Virus record (IMG/VR): IMGVR_UViG_3300002231_001563
Location: 103,581-167,580 of that record
Length of the DNA stretch: 64,000 bases
DNA from: a virus
Strand: one strand, 5' to 3'
The notes under the pieces are model-generated. The model saw only the letters and a list, made by a program, of their open reading frames with translations. It made no database searches and was not told where the DNA came from. The position numbers and the translations under genes were made by a program. The stretch's first letter is position 1. Every line of letters starts with the position of its first letter. Shown one piece after another: positions 1-9,877 of this stretch.

Positions 1-2
1 CA

Positions 3-404
3 AATATTAATCCGATCGCCTCATTTCCTTCGGAAGGAATTGTGGTCTTCGGACAAAAAACACTTCAAGTCACCCGGTCTGCTTTGGACCGAATTAACGT
101 GAGACGTTTGTTGATTTATATCAAGAAGCAAGTTTCACGCATTGCGTCTGGTATTCTTTTTGACCAGAACGTACAAGTTACATGGAATCGATTCTTGGGT
201 GAAGTCAGGCCATTCTTGGCCAGCGTCCAATCCAGACTTGGATTGAGCGAGTGGAAGGTTATCCTAGATGATACCACCACTACTCCGGATTTGATTGATC
301 AAAATATCATGTATGCGAAAATCTTCTTAAAGCCAGCGCGCTCCATTGAATTCATCGCAGTTGATTTTGTAATCACTCGAACGGGAGCATCTTTCGATGA
401 TTAA
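3..404 (+). CDS. tail sheath protein, C-terminal part (runs off window start)
   Basis: NINPIASFPSEGIVVFGQKTLQ...LDRINVRRLL...KPARSIEFIAVDF is the classic contractile sheath C-terminus; frame is open from nt 3. Confidence 0.93.
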   Translation, partial: NINPIASFPSEGIVVFGQKTLQVTRSALDRINVRRLLIYIKKQVSRIASGILFDQNVQVTWNRFLGEVRPFLASVQSRLGLSEWKVILDDTTTTPDLIDQNIMYAKIFLKPARSIEFIAVDFVITRTGASFDD

Positions 405-427
405 AGAGAATAAAAAGAATTTTAAAC

Positions 428-435
428 ACTACTTA
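428..435 (+). promoter_or_regulatory. putative late promoter motif CTAnTTA
   Basis: ACTACTTA upstream of tail tube; same motif at 1046, 2147, 21222, 22288, 33815, 36747, 42976, 46817, 63897. Confidence 0.55.
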
Positions 436-462
436 ATGATAGTAAAAGGGAGAAATAGTTAA

Positions 463-1050
463 ATGGCGTTTTGGACTGATGCACAATTTGAAGATCCCAA
501 AAGAGCGTATAGGTTCTTGGTGGACATAGGCAGAATGCCTAATGGAGCGACTTGGTACGCAAAGAGCGTCAAGAAGCCCGAAATTACTATAACAACGATT
601 GAACACAATTTCCTCAATCACAAATTTTATTATCCTGGCCGCGCAGAATGGGCCGAAGTAACAGTCACTCTTGTGGACCCTGTTTCTCCGGATGCAGCCA
701 TCAACACTGCCGCGATCTTACGAGCGGGCGGTTATAGCCCCCCTAAGAACGTCAACGATACAACTACCATTTCAAAGCAAGCTTCCGTAGCCGCTATGGG
801 ATCAGTAGTTATTTCTCAAATTAATTCTGTCGGCGACGCTGTAGAAACTTGGACTCTGTGGAATCCATTCATTACGGGTGTTACTTATGGAGACTTGGAT
901 TACAGTTCGGACGAAATGACCGAAATCACGTTGACCATCCGATACGATTGGGCTGTTATCGAGGCTCAGACTTCTTCTGAGACTGGAGCGAAAGGCCCCG
1001 ACGGCAAACCCGTGGACAGCAATACATTTTTTAATCCTGGAAGCAGCTAA
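463..1050 (+). CDS. tail tube protein (T4 gp19-like)
   Basis: Directly follows sheath; EPKRAYRF-like start, YYPGRAEWAEVTVTLVDP, WTLWNPFITGVTYGDLDYSSDE...ITLTIRYDWA tube motifs. Confidence 0.85.
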   Translation: MAFWTDAQFEDPKRAYRFLVDIGRMPNGATWYAKSVKKPEITITTIEHNFLNHKFYYPGRAEWAEVTVTLVDPVSPDAAINTAAILRAGGYSPPKNVNDTTTISKQASVAAMGSVVISQINSVGDAVETWTLWNPFITGVTYGDLDYSSDEMTEITLTIRYDWAVIEAQTSSETGAKGPDGKPVDSNTFFNPGSS

Positions 1051-1071
1051 TTATAAAACGCGAGGTGATAT

Positions 1072-1923
1072 TTGGCTAGGAACAACTCTCAACGCCTAGG
1101 AGGCGTTGATTCTAAGAAAGCAGAAGATAACTCTTCTCCTAATTTGGCGCCATTGGACTTCTCTACGCCTACTGAATTTGTGGAATTACCCACTCAAGGT
1201 AAATACTATGCAGAGGATCACCCTCTTCATAATCAAACCGTAGTAGAGATTCGTCATATGACAGCTAAAGACGAAGATATTCTAACCTCCAGGGCCCTCC
1301 TTAAAAAAGGCGTGGCTCTCGATAGGTTCTTGAAGAATATCGTTGTAGATAAGAGCATTGATTTGGATAGCTTATACGTGGGAGATAAGAACGCTATTCT
1401 GGTAGGAGCCAGGGTGACGGGCTATGGTCCTGAGTATGATACACAAGTAACGTGCCCAGTATGCACTACAACCGCGAAATTTTCTTTCAATTTAGAAGGG
1501 GGAGAAACTTATGCGGGCGGAGAGTACGGGGCCCTGGAAATCACCGAAAAAGGTGAAGACACTTTCGTCATTAAAACTCCAGTTACGCGGGTAGATGTAG
1601 AGGTTCGACTCTTTACAGGGCGTGATGAAAAATATCTTGCTAAATTGGCCGAATCAAAGAAAAAGCAAAAGCTCCCCGAGACTTCTCTCACTGATCAGTT
1701 ACATTTGATGATCGTCTCTATCAACGAGAGGACGGACAATGTAACCATCAAATCCTTTATCGACAATATGCCGGCCCGTGATGCTAGGTATATTCGAACA
1801 GCTTACGAAAAGATAGTACCTAACATTGATCTAGCACAGAGTTTTACCTGCGAGGTATGTGACTTTGAAACGGATCGAATGGAGGTTCCGTTCACAACGG
1901 ACTTTTTTTGGCCTAAGCGATAA
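1072..1923 (+). CDS. tail/baseplate hub assembly chaperone (T4 gp26-like)
   Basis: TTG start after GAGGTG; FVELPTQG..Y, IRHMTAKDEDIL, CPVC and CEVC motifs; position between tube and tape measure. Confidence 0.75.
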   Translation: MARNNSQRLGGVDSKKAEDNSSPNLAPLDFSTPTEFVELPTQGKYYAEDHPLHNQTVVEIRHMTAKDEDILTSRALLKKGVALDRFLKNIVVDKSIDLDSLYVGDKNAILVGARVTGYGPEYDTQVTCPVCTTTAKFSFNLEGGETYAGGEYGALEITEKGEDTFVIKTPVTRVDVEVRLFTGRDEKYLAKLAESKKKQKLPETSLTDQLHLMIVSINERTDNVTIKSFIDNMPARDARYIRTAYEKIVPNIDLAQSFTCEVCDFETDRMEVPFTTDFFWPKR

Positions 1924-2122
1924 ATACATCGAGAGTGTATACGAAGAGTTTTTTCTTTTGAAGTATTATGGAGGCTGGTCTTTCACTGAAGCCTATAATC
2001 TTCCGATTAAAATTAGAAGGTGGTTTTTGGAGAAATTAGTCCAACAAATGGAAAAAGAAAACAAAGCCGCAGAAAAAGCTTCAAAGGGTAATTCTGCAGG
2101 TAAAACACCAAGAAGCCGGTAA
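1859..2122 (+). CDS. chaperone extension ORF (gp51-like / lambda-GT-like), probably reached by frameshift at 1903-1909
   Basis: LLKYYGGWSFTEAYNLPIKIRRWFL resembles the second tail-chaperone segment; overlaps upstream ORF end at a T7 run; no well-spaced RBS/start. Confidence 0.6.
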   Translation: MTLKRIEWRFRSQRTFFGLSDKYIESVYEEFFLLKYYGGWSFTEAYNLPIKIRRWFLEKLVQQMEKENKAAEKASKGNSAGKTPRSR

Positions 2123-2138
2123 AGCCGGCTTCTTTTTT
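2111..2138 (+). terminator. intrinsic terminator
   Basis: AGAAGCCGG-taaag-CCGGCTTCT perfect 9-bp stem followed by T-run. Confidence 0.85.
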
Positions 2139-2172
2139 ATATGACTACTATTTAATGTATGAGGGTTTATAT

Positions 2173-2514
2173 ATGGAATCTCTAAACGAAGGTGAGATCG
2201 TCGAAATGATCGTAGATCTCGAAGAACTCAAAAAGAATGATCAACTTAATGAAAGTTTCCTCCGCATGATGGGCTTTTGGGTGGAAAATATCGTCAAACA
2301 TATGTTCGGTATCCCATTTGTTTCAGGTGGAGTCTCCGGAAAGCCGGCAGATATCAAGGCTTTTGCCCGTGCCGTCGGGAATGAGAAGAAATATATCGAA
2401 ACGGCCAAAAAGCATGGCCTAGATAACCCAGCTACTTATAAGCAAAAATCACGACTTCAGAAGGCCGTTAAGGCCTTCGAAGCACAGACCGGGATAAAGT
2501 GGCCTTTCAAATAA
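2173..2514 (+). CDS. hypothetical late/virion-associated protein
   Basis: ATG after GAGGG; preceded by ACTATTTA motif; lies in tail block. Confidence 0.6.
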   Translation: MESLNEGEIVEMIVDLEELKKNDQLNESFLRMMGFWVENIVKHMFGIPFVSGGVSGKPADIKAFARAVGNEKKYIETAKKHGLDNPATYKQKSRLQKAVKAFEAQTGIKWPFK

Positions 2515-2527
2515 GGAAAAACATTAG

Positions 2528-4777
2528 ATGGCAGATGATGAATCTACAAAAAATCTAACTCAAGCTGAGCAAGAACTCTTAGCCAGTCGCAAGCAGCAGG
2601 CCATCCTCCTTCGTGAGCTAACAAAATTAGAGAAGGAACTAGCCCAAAACGAAGCTTTAAGTGTTGACCAAAAGGCCGAATTATCGGGCCGAGTTGATGA
2701 TTTGACGGATAGATATGAGCTTTTGAAGGCAGCTGCCGATAAGATGAACGAGTCTCTTAAGCTCAGTCAGGAGCAGGGCAAGAATACCGCCCAAGCTCTT
2801 GGCGGCTTGGTGGGTATGACCAAGGATTACGAGACGTCTATGCTCGGATCTATAGAGGCCACCCTTACAAACGCTGATGCCCAAAAGAAGTTTGGAGAGC
2901 AAATGAAAAAAACATTTAGCATCCAAAACATGAGCCTCAACATATTAAATAAAATTACTCAAGCCACCACTAAACTCCTTTTTGAGCAAGACAAGGCTCT
3001 GGTTGCCTTTAACCTCCAAACTGGCGCTGCGCGCCTTTATGGTAGCGAAATAGTGGCGCTGGAAGAGCGGATGTACAGCCATGGCGTTACTATGGATGAT
3101 GCTAGTGAGTCGTGGGGCGCTTTAACAAAGAATGTATATGCGCTCAAACAGACGTCTGGCGCAACCCGCAAAGACCTTTCGGATACTACAGCTATCTTGA
3201 ATGAATTGGGGGTAAGTGCAGACGTAACGGCCGATAATGTGCAATTTATGACACGCAGTTTGGGAATGTCAGTTGAAGAATCAACAAAATTTCAACGAGA
3301 AATGTTTGTGTTGGCACAAGATATTGGTATGCCTCCTGCCCAAATGGCTGAAGATTTCAAATCGGCAGCCCCTAAGCTCGCAGCTTTTGGCAAGGAAGCG
3401 GGCCGTATGTTTACCAAATTAGCAACCAACGCCCGCGCTGCCGGGATGGAGGTGGAGCAGCTTCTCGGTATTGTGGAGCAGTTTGACACCTTCGAAGGTG
3501 CAGCACAGTCAGTTGGTAAGTTGAACGCACTATTGGGAGGCCCCTTCCTCAACTCTATGGAAATGGTAATGGCCACAGATCCCACGGAGAGAATGAGACT
3601 TCTCAGCGGTGCGCTCAATGATGCAGGAAAAAGTTTTGATCAGATGTCTTATTATGAGCGCAAAGCAATTGCTTCAGCCGCCGGATTTAAAGACGTCGAT
3701 GAATTGGCAAAAGTTATGGCCAATGATTTTGGAAAGGTCTCATCCTCTACCAATAAGACCAAGGCAGAAATAGAGGCCCTCGCTGCACAGACTAAGGAAT
3801 ATAACGAAATCGGTGAAAAACTGAATCAAATAATGCGCATGTTTGCCATAACAATGGCCCCCGTCGTGGGTTGGATCAAGGGTATCCTGCAAGGAATTTT
3901 GGATTTGAATGAGCAAATGGGTGGGTGGTTCATCCCTATCTTAGGGGGCATTGCAGTTGCGGCCTTAGTTTTGATTGGGGTGTTTAAAGTTTGGACCGCG
4001 ATAAACTCGGCCCTTGTCTTATCCGAAGTCGCAAAGGCCGTGGCTATAGGAAACACTACTGCAATTCAGGCTGCTTCTATACCTGTAATGGCGGCCTCTG
4101 GAACAGCTGCCGGCGCCGCCGCAACACCGATGTATGCTTTCGCTGGCGCCGCCTTGGCTGTCGGTGCCGCCTTTTTCTTGGTTGGCGCCGGCGTCGGACT
4201 TGCCGCCTACGGCATGTCCCTGTTCATGACATCGCTGGCAAAAATTTCTCCAGCCGACATGATGCTCTATGGGCTTGGCTTATATTCGATCGCCTCCGGA
4301 ATGATGGCCATCGCCGCTGCCCTCCTATTGGGAGGAGGCTGGTCCCTGGGAGTACTGACCGCCTCGGTATTTGCTCTAGGCCTAGCCCTTCGCAGCCTCA
4401 ATGATGTCAAGCTAAATAATTTATCCCTCTTATTTGAAGCGATCGCTAAAGTGATGAATTCTACATCCGCTAACTTGAAAGAGGTTAGAGATACCATTGG
4501 GGCAATTACGGATGATATCGCTACAATGCCAGCCCCTATTATGAGGGGCGCCAACTTGATCGACGCCACTGCAACACCTCGAACCACGATGGAATCTAAG
4601 TCTCCCGAAGGTTTGGCAAACAAATCCGCAGGAGCCAGTACTGGCGCTGCTGCAAAACCTGCAGTCCAAGATCACACTTTAAAAATACAATTTGATTATC
4701 GAGGCTTCGAAGAGGCAGTCATCAAGATTGTCGATAATCAATTGAAGACGAAAAATGTTATAGCGGGAGGTGCATAG
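2528..4777 (+). CDS. tape measure protein
   Basis: 749 aa Ala-rich helical protein with coiled-coil N-terminus and hydrophobic Gly/Ala stretches, canonical position after chaperones. Confidence 0.85.
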   Translation: MADDESTKNLTQAEQELLASRKQQAILLRELTKLEKELAQNEALSVDQKAELSGRVDDLTDRYELLKAAADKMNESLKLSQEQGKNTAQALGGLVGMTKDYETSMLGSIEATLTNADAQKKFGEQMKKTFSIQNMSLNILNKITQATTKLLFEQDKALVAFNLQTGAARLYGSEIVALEERMYSHGVTMDDASESWGALTKNVYALKQTSGATRKDLSDTTAILNELGVSADVTADNVQFMTRSLGMSVEESTKFQREMFVLAQDIGMPPAQMAEDFKSAAPKLAAFGKEAGRMFTKLATNARAAGMEVEQLLGIVEQFDTFEGAAQSVGKLNALLGGPFLNSMEMVMATDPTERMRLLSGALNDAGKSFDQMSYYERKAIASAAGFKDVDELAKVMANDFGKVSSSTNKTKAEIEALAAQTKEYNEIGEKLNQIMRMFAITMAPVVGWIKGILQGILDLNEQMGGWFIPILGGIAVAALVLIGVFKVWTAINSALVLSEVAKAVAIGNTTAIQAASIPVMAASGTAAGAAATPMYAFAGAALAVGAAFFLVGAGVGLAAYGMSLFMTSLAKISPADMMLYGLGLYSIASGMMAIAAALLLGGGWSLGVLTASVFALGLALRSLNDVKLNNLSLLFEAIAKVMNSTSANLKEVRDTIGAITDDIATMPAPIMRGANLIDATATPRTTMESKSPEGLANKSAGASTGAAAKPAVQDHTLKIQFDYRGFEEAVIKIVDNQLKTKNVIAGGA

Positions 4778-5845
4778 ATGGGAAAAAAGAAGAAGCAAGT
4801 TCAACAATTTGATAATACAAATCCTAATGCAGCCATTGACCCTAACATTGACCGTCCCGTGCGAGCCCTTCTGAATCGTGCTGATCAGATAGCGTTCAAT
4901 GACGCAACCGATGGCTACGCCAATAGTTTTAACAATTACATTGAATTCAAATCCACCATTAGCGGCGACGTTGTGCGATTCAAGGCCATGCTGACCACAT
5001 ATGAAGATCAATATCAGAGCGAATGGAATTCGGAACAAGTTTATGGTCGAAATGATCCTATTCAAACTTTTCGCAACACAACTCGAACTATCAATGTGGG
5101 TTGGGACGCCCCAGCAGCCTCTTCCACAGAGGGCGCTGCTAATATGATCCGCGCAGCAAAGCTCATTCGAATGCTATATCCTTCGTATGAATCGAGAGAT
5201 GGCTCCATAGGGAATGTTTCAACCATCAATAAGCCCCCCGTGCTCGAAGTTAAATTTAGAAACCTTATTCAAGGCATGGACCGCGAAGCACTATTAGTGA
5301 CTTTGGACGGGATTACATTTGCTCCTGACCTTGAGGCGGGATGGTTTGATAAGCTCACTTTTGTTGATCTGCCTCCCGAGCTTGAATATCTCCATGCCGA
5401 ATTCGGGAAAAATGAGTTAGTTCCCAAGTTGTTGAAATTCTCTTGCACTATGACAGTCCTTCATAAGCGAACTGTTGGCCACTTCGGGACATCGTGGAAT
5501 TCGAAGCTACTCGCGTTCCCTTTCCTGCCAGAAGCCCTGGCCAACCCAGAATCCGGCGAGGTCTTTGATAAATTTGATTCTACAAATGAAACTTTTGTAG
5601 AGCAAGATGAAGATTTCTCCTTCAACCAGCATGAGATGGAGGCTGCTCAAAAAACGCTAGATGCGGCCCGCCAAGTGCAGGCTGGTTTGGCAGCATCAGA
5701 AGAAGCTAAGAAGGGGCGAAAAACAGATTCAAAGCCAAAGAGCACTGTGGACAAAGTTAATCAAGGTTCATCTCCCGGCGGCTTTGGTGGCGGCAGGGAC
5801 CCCCGAGATATGGGAACATCTAAACAGTACCATGGGAAAAATTAA
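4778..5845 (+). CDS. baseplate/tube-initiator protein (gp48/gp54-like)
   Basis: WNSEQVYGRNDPIQTFRNTTRTINVGW motif; position after tape measure. Confidence 0.6.
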   Translation: MGKKKKQVQQFDNTNPNAAIDPNIDRPVRALLNRADQIAFNDATDGYANSFNNYIEFKSTISGDVVRFKAMLTTYEDQYQSEWNSEQVYGRNDPIQTFRNTTRTINVGWDAPAASSTEGAANMIRAAKLIRMLYPSYESRDGSIGNVSTINKPPVLEVKFRNLIQGMDREALLVTLDGITFAPDLEAGWFDKLTFVDLPPELEYLHAEFGKNELVPKLLKFSCTMTVLHKRTVGHFGTSWNSKLLAFPFLPEALANPESGEVFDKFDSTNETFVEQDEDFSFNQHEMEAAQKTLDAARQVQAGLAASEEAKKGRKTDSKPKSTVDKVNQGSSPGGFGGGRDPRDMGTSKQYHGKN

Positions 5846-5849
5846 CTAA

Positions 5850-6203
5850 ATGTCACGATACTCTAACAGACCCAAGCGATTAAATAATCCCCTATCCGGT
5901 GGACCCGAATCAATTTACACCGAGTTTATTGAGAATAGGAACGTGCGCCACATTGAGCAATATACCACTCCCGAATTCCCCCCCCTTACAGCAGCTAGAC
6001 GCGCTTCTATCCCTTATGACAGTCATGTTTGGACTACGGGAGATCGTTTTTACAAGTTGGCTCATGATTATTATGGCAATTCGGCATTGTGGTGGATTAT
6101 CGCATGGTTTAATCAGACTCCCACGGAACATCACTTGAACCTGGGAGACACCATTATGATCCCTCTCTCCAAGGAGAAAGTGTTGACATATTTCAATAAA
6201 TAG
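5850..6203 (+). CDS. LysM-like baseplate wedge/tail-X protein (gp53-like)
   Basis: GDRFYKLAHDYYGNSALWWIIAWFN...GDTIMIP. Confidence 0.8.
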   Translation: MSRYSNRPKRLNNPLSGGPESIYTEFIENRNVRHIEQYTTPEFPPLTAARRASIPYDSHVWTTGDRFYKLAHDYYGNSALWWIIAWFNQTPTEHHLNLGDTIMIPLSKEKVLTYFNK

Positions 6204-6211
6204 GACCTACC

Positions 6212-9200
6212 ATGAGCTACTGGAATGACGAAAATAAAGATAAGATACCCTCTGTTGTCCGCGAAGAAATTGTAGCCGCGATCTCTGACACCTCCGCACC
6301 TGTCTGGCCCAAATATGGTCCGGACAACGTTAATTTCCCTAACTATTTAAAGGTGGAGCCGTGGGAGCGAATTCATGCAGTTCCCCTTTCTTCCGCACTT
6401 ACGGTCGGCCGTCCTGGCACGGCGACGGTGAGCACAGACCCCTATGCCGACCCTGACGCGTACGCCTCATATAGCTGGAATATTGTCTCTTACGACAACT
6501 TCTTCGAAAAAGTAGTAAAAAATCCATCGGTCCTCTTCCAAGTTCCTAGTAAAGAAAAATTAGAAACGTGGGCCCCATGGACAGATAGTACGTCGCCCCA
6601 CCACCTAAGTACGTCTCAAATTGACGCCATAGTAAAAGAAAGAGATGACCTCCTCTCCGCAGCATCCGGCTTCGATTTTAATGCAGACCCACACTCGGAG
6701 TGGTTCAAGCGCCTTTATCAGTTATTTGAAAAACTGTTGGGAATCCCCTACAATCTGATACCTGTTCACGCCACGGGCTGGACTTCGGGCCCCCCAACGG
6801 CCCGGTATTCTTGGCACACAGATCCCGAGGGAAGCCTAATTGTCGACATGAAAGATGTCCTTCTGTATTTATACAATGAGGAATCTAATAGTCATAAGGC
6901 CTCAGTGCTGGAGACGTCGTCGGACTTGGACAAAATGGAAGGACTAAAATTTGACCACGATGACCCGGTAGACGCCCTGAAATCTCAAATTCGATCACGG
7001 GCCACTAAAGACTTAAAAGACTATCAATCCCTCGATGACAACGCCGCGATCATGCTCAATCGAGCCGCCGAGGATGACAGGGATTATCTTCAATCCCTCA
7101 TTCGTGAATCGGCCCAAAATGTCCTGCGCTTAAATCTAGGAAGCTTCTACAAGGCTAATTCTCAATGGAAAAAAGACAACCCAGATATGGCTCCCGCCCA
7201 AGCCGCTACCGTTCGCGAATCTGCGGCCTCGACATTGGCACCTCCCTATAGCAAACAAATCTATCTAGCATATGGCGAAAGTCAGAATTTAATAAATGTA
7301 CTAGCTAATGATCCAGAGTCGCATAATTTTTTAAATATTAGAACCCATGAAGCATCTCAAATAGTCCCGATGATCCGCCTTTATAAAAATTATTTTGACC
7401 AGAACAATAAAACTGAAGGAGAGGTAGAATTTTCCTTTCCAGGTGCCACCGACCCTCTGGATCCGAGGTCGGGTGTAGGGATAAAATCCTTTGAATGGAA
7501 ATATAATGCCACTAATCCGGCCACTATTAAAAATGATATAGAAGCTAAATTGGTTTTATACTTTCAGGACTTTAGTGACTTGACCAAGATAAGAAATGGA
7601 TATGACACCATTAATGCCAGGCCCCAAACGTTTCAATATCAAGATTTGTTGATCAGGCCACCGGGAGCCAAGGGCATCTCCATCCCCATATCGAGCGCCG
7701 CCGAAACGAAGGCTGGTTGCTCCGATAAAACCTTAGTTTACGACCCTCGATTTTATGAAATTAAGGCAGTGGTGGGCTGGGCCCCGGTTGATAAAATCAG
7801 CAGCCCCCAAACCGAGAATATTGTTGAGGCTATTGAAAATCAGCAAGTTCCCATGTTTTTGACTCTCATTGATCACACCTTTACTTTTACGCAAGAGGGT
7901 ACTTTTGAGTTAGAAATAACTTATCGCGCGCGCCTTGAAGCGCTCACCGAGGACCCTCGAATGGATGTACTATCCACCCCGGCTGTAAAAGAGGAGATAA
8001 ATAAAAAATTAAAAAGAATTGCGGACCTCCAACAAACTTGTGGCGCCGATAGTTTAATTGAGGCCGAGCGAGATAACATTACACGAATAAAGGAAAAGAG
8101 CAGGGATGATTTGGCCTCCAGTATTATCAACGGCCTTGAGGATAAGATATTTATTTCTACTGTAAACTATAGAAGTTTTTTGGAAGCTATTGTGGGGGAA
8201 GACGGCCGACGAGCCCCTGCCGCCACCGCCCCCACCGCCGGCAAAGGCGATTACCTAAAAAACTGGAAAAGCCTTTTTATTTCCCCTGGAGACGTCTCCA
8301 ACGCGGTTTTGGCCCGAGCAAAAACTCTGTCACCTGCCGCCGCCGCCTCCTTAGAAAACGCTCGTGCGCGCCTCGTGACTAGTTATGCCCCGTCACACCC
8401 TCAGTCGAAAAGCGAAGAGGAAGCCGAGGGCCCTGACGATGTCATGTCGACTGGAGGGATCTTGGAGGCTCGAACACCTGGAAGCAAGGCGCAACTTTTG
8501 AATATACCCTGGTTTTATTTTGGAGATTTAGCAAATTTAGTTATCTCCCGCACCCTCACAAACTCGACGCCCATAGATGCAGACTCTCCAGGAATTGTCC
8601 CGGGACTGGAATTGGAAAATTTAAATTTTCTTTTCTCCTCGATCCCCATTAATCGAGTACATATTGCCCAGAACGCCTACGGCCGCAGCGCCAATGAGAT
8701 CAACCAGGAGACGCTAAAAGCCGGCTTGGGCCAGACTCCCGACACCCAATACGCGTCAGCGCGTTCGACGAGCGCCCGAACATATCAATATGGTCAAGGG
8801 AGTATTATGGAAGAGTGTAACCTGGCGGATGTGCCAATCGCCTTGGAGACCTTTAACCAGTGGTATATCAAAAAGATAATAAATACCAACAGAGGCACCT
8901 ACCCCCTTCAGCAATTTTTGAAGGATTTCTTAGAAGATGTGGTGATAGCAATTATAAATAAGAAGGGATTTCAGGCCAACAGGTGGTTCATAATAAACTA
9001 TTCGAGATCGGTATTGAATGCACTAAATATTTCCGTACCCTTTTACGAAGGGACCCCCATAGCTTTAAAGACTGCTGCAATTTCTCTACCCAGCACCCAG
9101 TCCCCCTTTGTGGCCAAGTCAGCGCGCCGAACTACACTAGGGGAGAATCCTCTCGAAAAACTACGCTATTTTAATTATAACCAGGCTTCCGATGACAATT

Positions 9201-9868
9201 ATTATAGGTGCTGGATAAATGCTCAAAAGTTTAATCCTGGAGAAGTAGAGGTTTCCCGGAGAAAAAATAGTCACGAAAATACCGTGGAAAATAGCTATCA
9301 TTTATCGGTATTTTATTGCATTAATGATGATACTTATCGTGAGCTTGGCCCCCCTAGAGACCCCGCTGAAACCCGCGAGCAGCGGGACTACCGAAAAGGT
9401 ATTTATCATCTTTATTTGGGAGCCGACAGAGGAGTCGTTAAAGAGGTGGAATTTTCCAAAGTAGATGCACCCTTTTTGCGAGAAGCTCGAATGCAACAAG
9501 ACGCACTAAATCCCTTGGCTCAATTGGCCGCTACCTACAACGTAAGTTTGAATCTAATTGGAAACACGGTATTTTGGCCTGGTCAATATGTTTTCGTTAA
9601 TCCTATTGGTTTCGGAGACATAGGGCTTCCCTGGGTAACGGATAGTGTCTCTCATCAGCTTGGGCTTGGAGGCTATCATTTGGTTACTGAGGTGTCCAAT
9701 TTTATTGAAGATGGGAAATTCGAGACCAAAGTGAAGGCCCTTTTTGAAACCTCTGGTGATGGCTGCCCCTCAAACCCGAATATCCCACAGGGGTGCCCAA
9801 CGAGTTCTCCTGCCGCCGGCGGCACCACTACGCCGGCCCCTATCAGTTCAGGCCCAGGATCAAAATAA
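6212..9868 (+). CDS. large baseplate hub-like structural protein
   Basis: 1218 aa; C-terminal LNLIGNTVFWPGQYVFVNP...GGYHLVTEVSNFIEDGKFETKVKA resembles hub/late-control-D proteins; follows LysM gene. Confidence 0.6.
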   Translation: MSYWNDENKDKIPSVVREEIVAAISDTSAPVWPKYGPDNVNFPNYLKVEPWERIHAVPLSSALTVGRPGTATVSTDPYADPDAYASYSWNIVSYDNFFEKVVKNPSVLFQVPSKEKLETWAPWTDSTSPHHLSTSQIDAIVKERDDLLSAASGFDFNADPHSEWFKRLYQLFEKLLGIPYNLIPVHATGWTSGPPTARYSWHTDPEGSLIVDMKDVLLYLYNEESNSHKASVLETSSDLDKMEGLKFDHDDPVDALKSQIRSRATKDLKDYQSLDDNAAIMLNRAAEDDRDYLQSLIRESAQNVLRLNLGSFYKANSQWKKDNPDMAPAQAATVRESAASTLAPPYSKQIYLAYGESQNLINVLANDPESHNFLNIRTHEASQIVPMIRLYKNYFDQNNKTEGEVEFSFPGATDPLDPRSGVGIKSFEWKYNATNPATIKNDIEAKLVLYFQDFSDLTKIRNGYDTINARPQTFQYQDLLIRPPGAKGISIPISSAAETKAGCSDKTLVYDPRFYEIKAVVGWAPVDKISSPQTENIVEAIENQQVPMFLTLIDHTFTFTQEGTFELEITYRARLEALTEDPRMDVLSTPAVKEEINKKLKRIADLQQTCGADSLIEAERDNITRIKEKSRDDLASSIINGLEDKIFISTVNYRSFLEAIVGEDGRRAPAATAPTAGKGDYLKNWKSLFISPGDVSNAVLARAKTLSPAAAASLENARARLVTSYAPSHPQSKSEEEAEGPDDVMSTGGILEARTPGSKAQLLNIPWFYFGDLANLVISRTLTNSTPIDADSPGIVPGLELENLNFLFSSIPINRVHIAQNAYGRSANEINQETLKAGLGQTPDTQYASARSTSARTYQYGQGSIMEECNLADVPIALETFNQWYIKKIINTNRGTYPLQQFLKDFLEDVVIAIINKKGFQANRWFIINYSRSVLNALNISVPFYEGTPIALKTAAISLPSTQSPFVAKSARRTTLGENPLEKLRYFNYNQASDDNYYRCWINAQKFNPGEVEVSRRKNSHENTVENSYHLSVFYCINDDTYRELGPPRDPAETREQRDYRKGIYHLYLGADRGVVKEVEFSKVDAPFLREARMQQDALNPLAQLAATYNVSLNLIGNTVFWPGQYVFVNPIGFGDIGLPWVTDSVSHQLGLGGYHLVTEVSNFIEDGKFETKVKALFETSGDGCPSNPNIPQGCPTSSPAAGGTTTPAPISSGPGSK

Positions 9869-9877
9869 GGAATAAGT

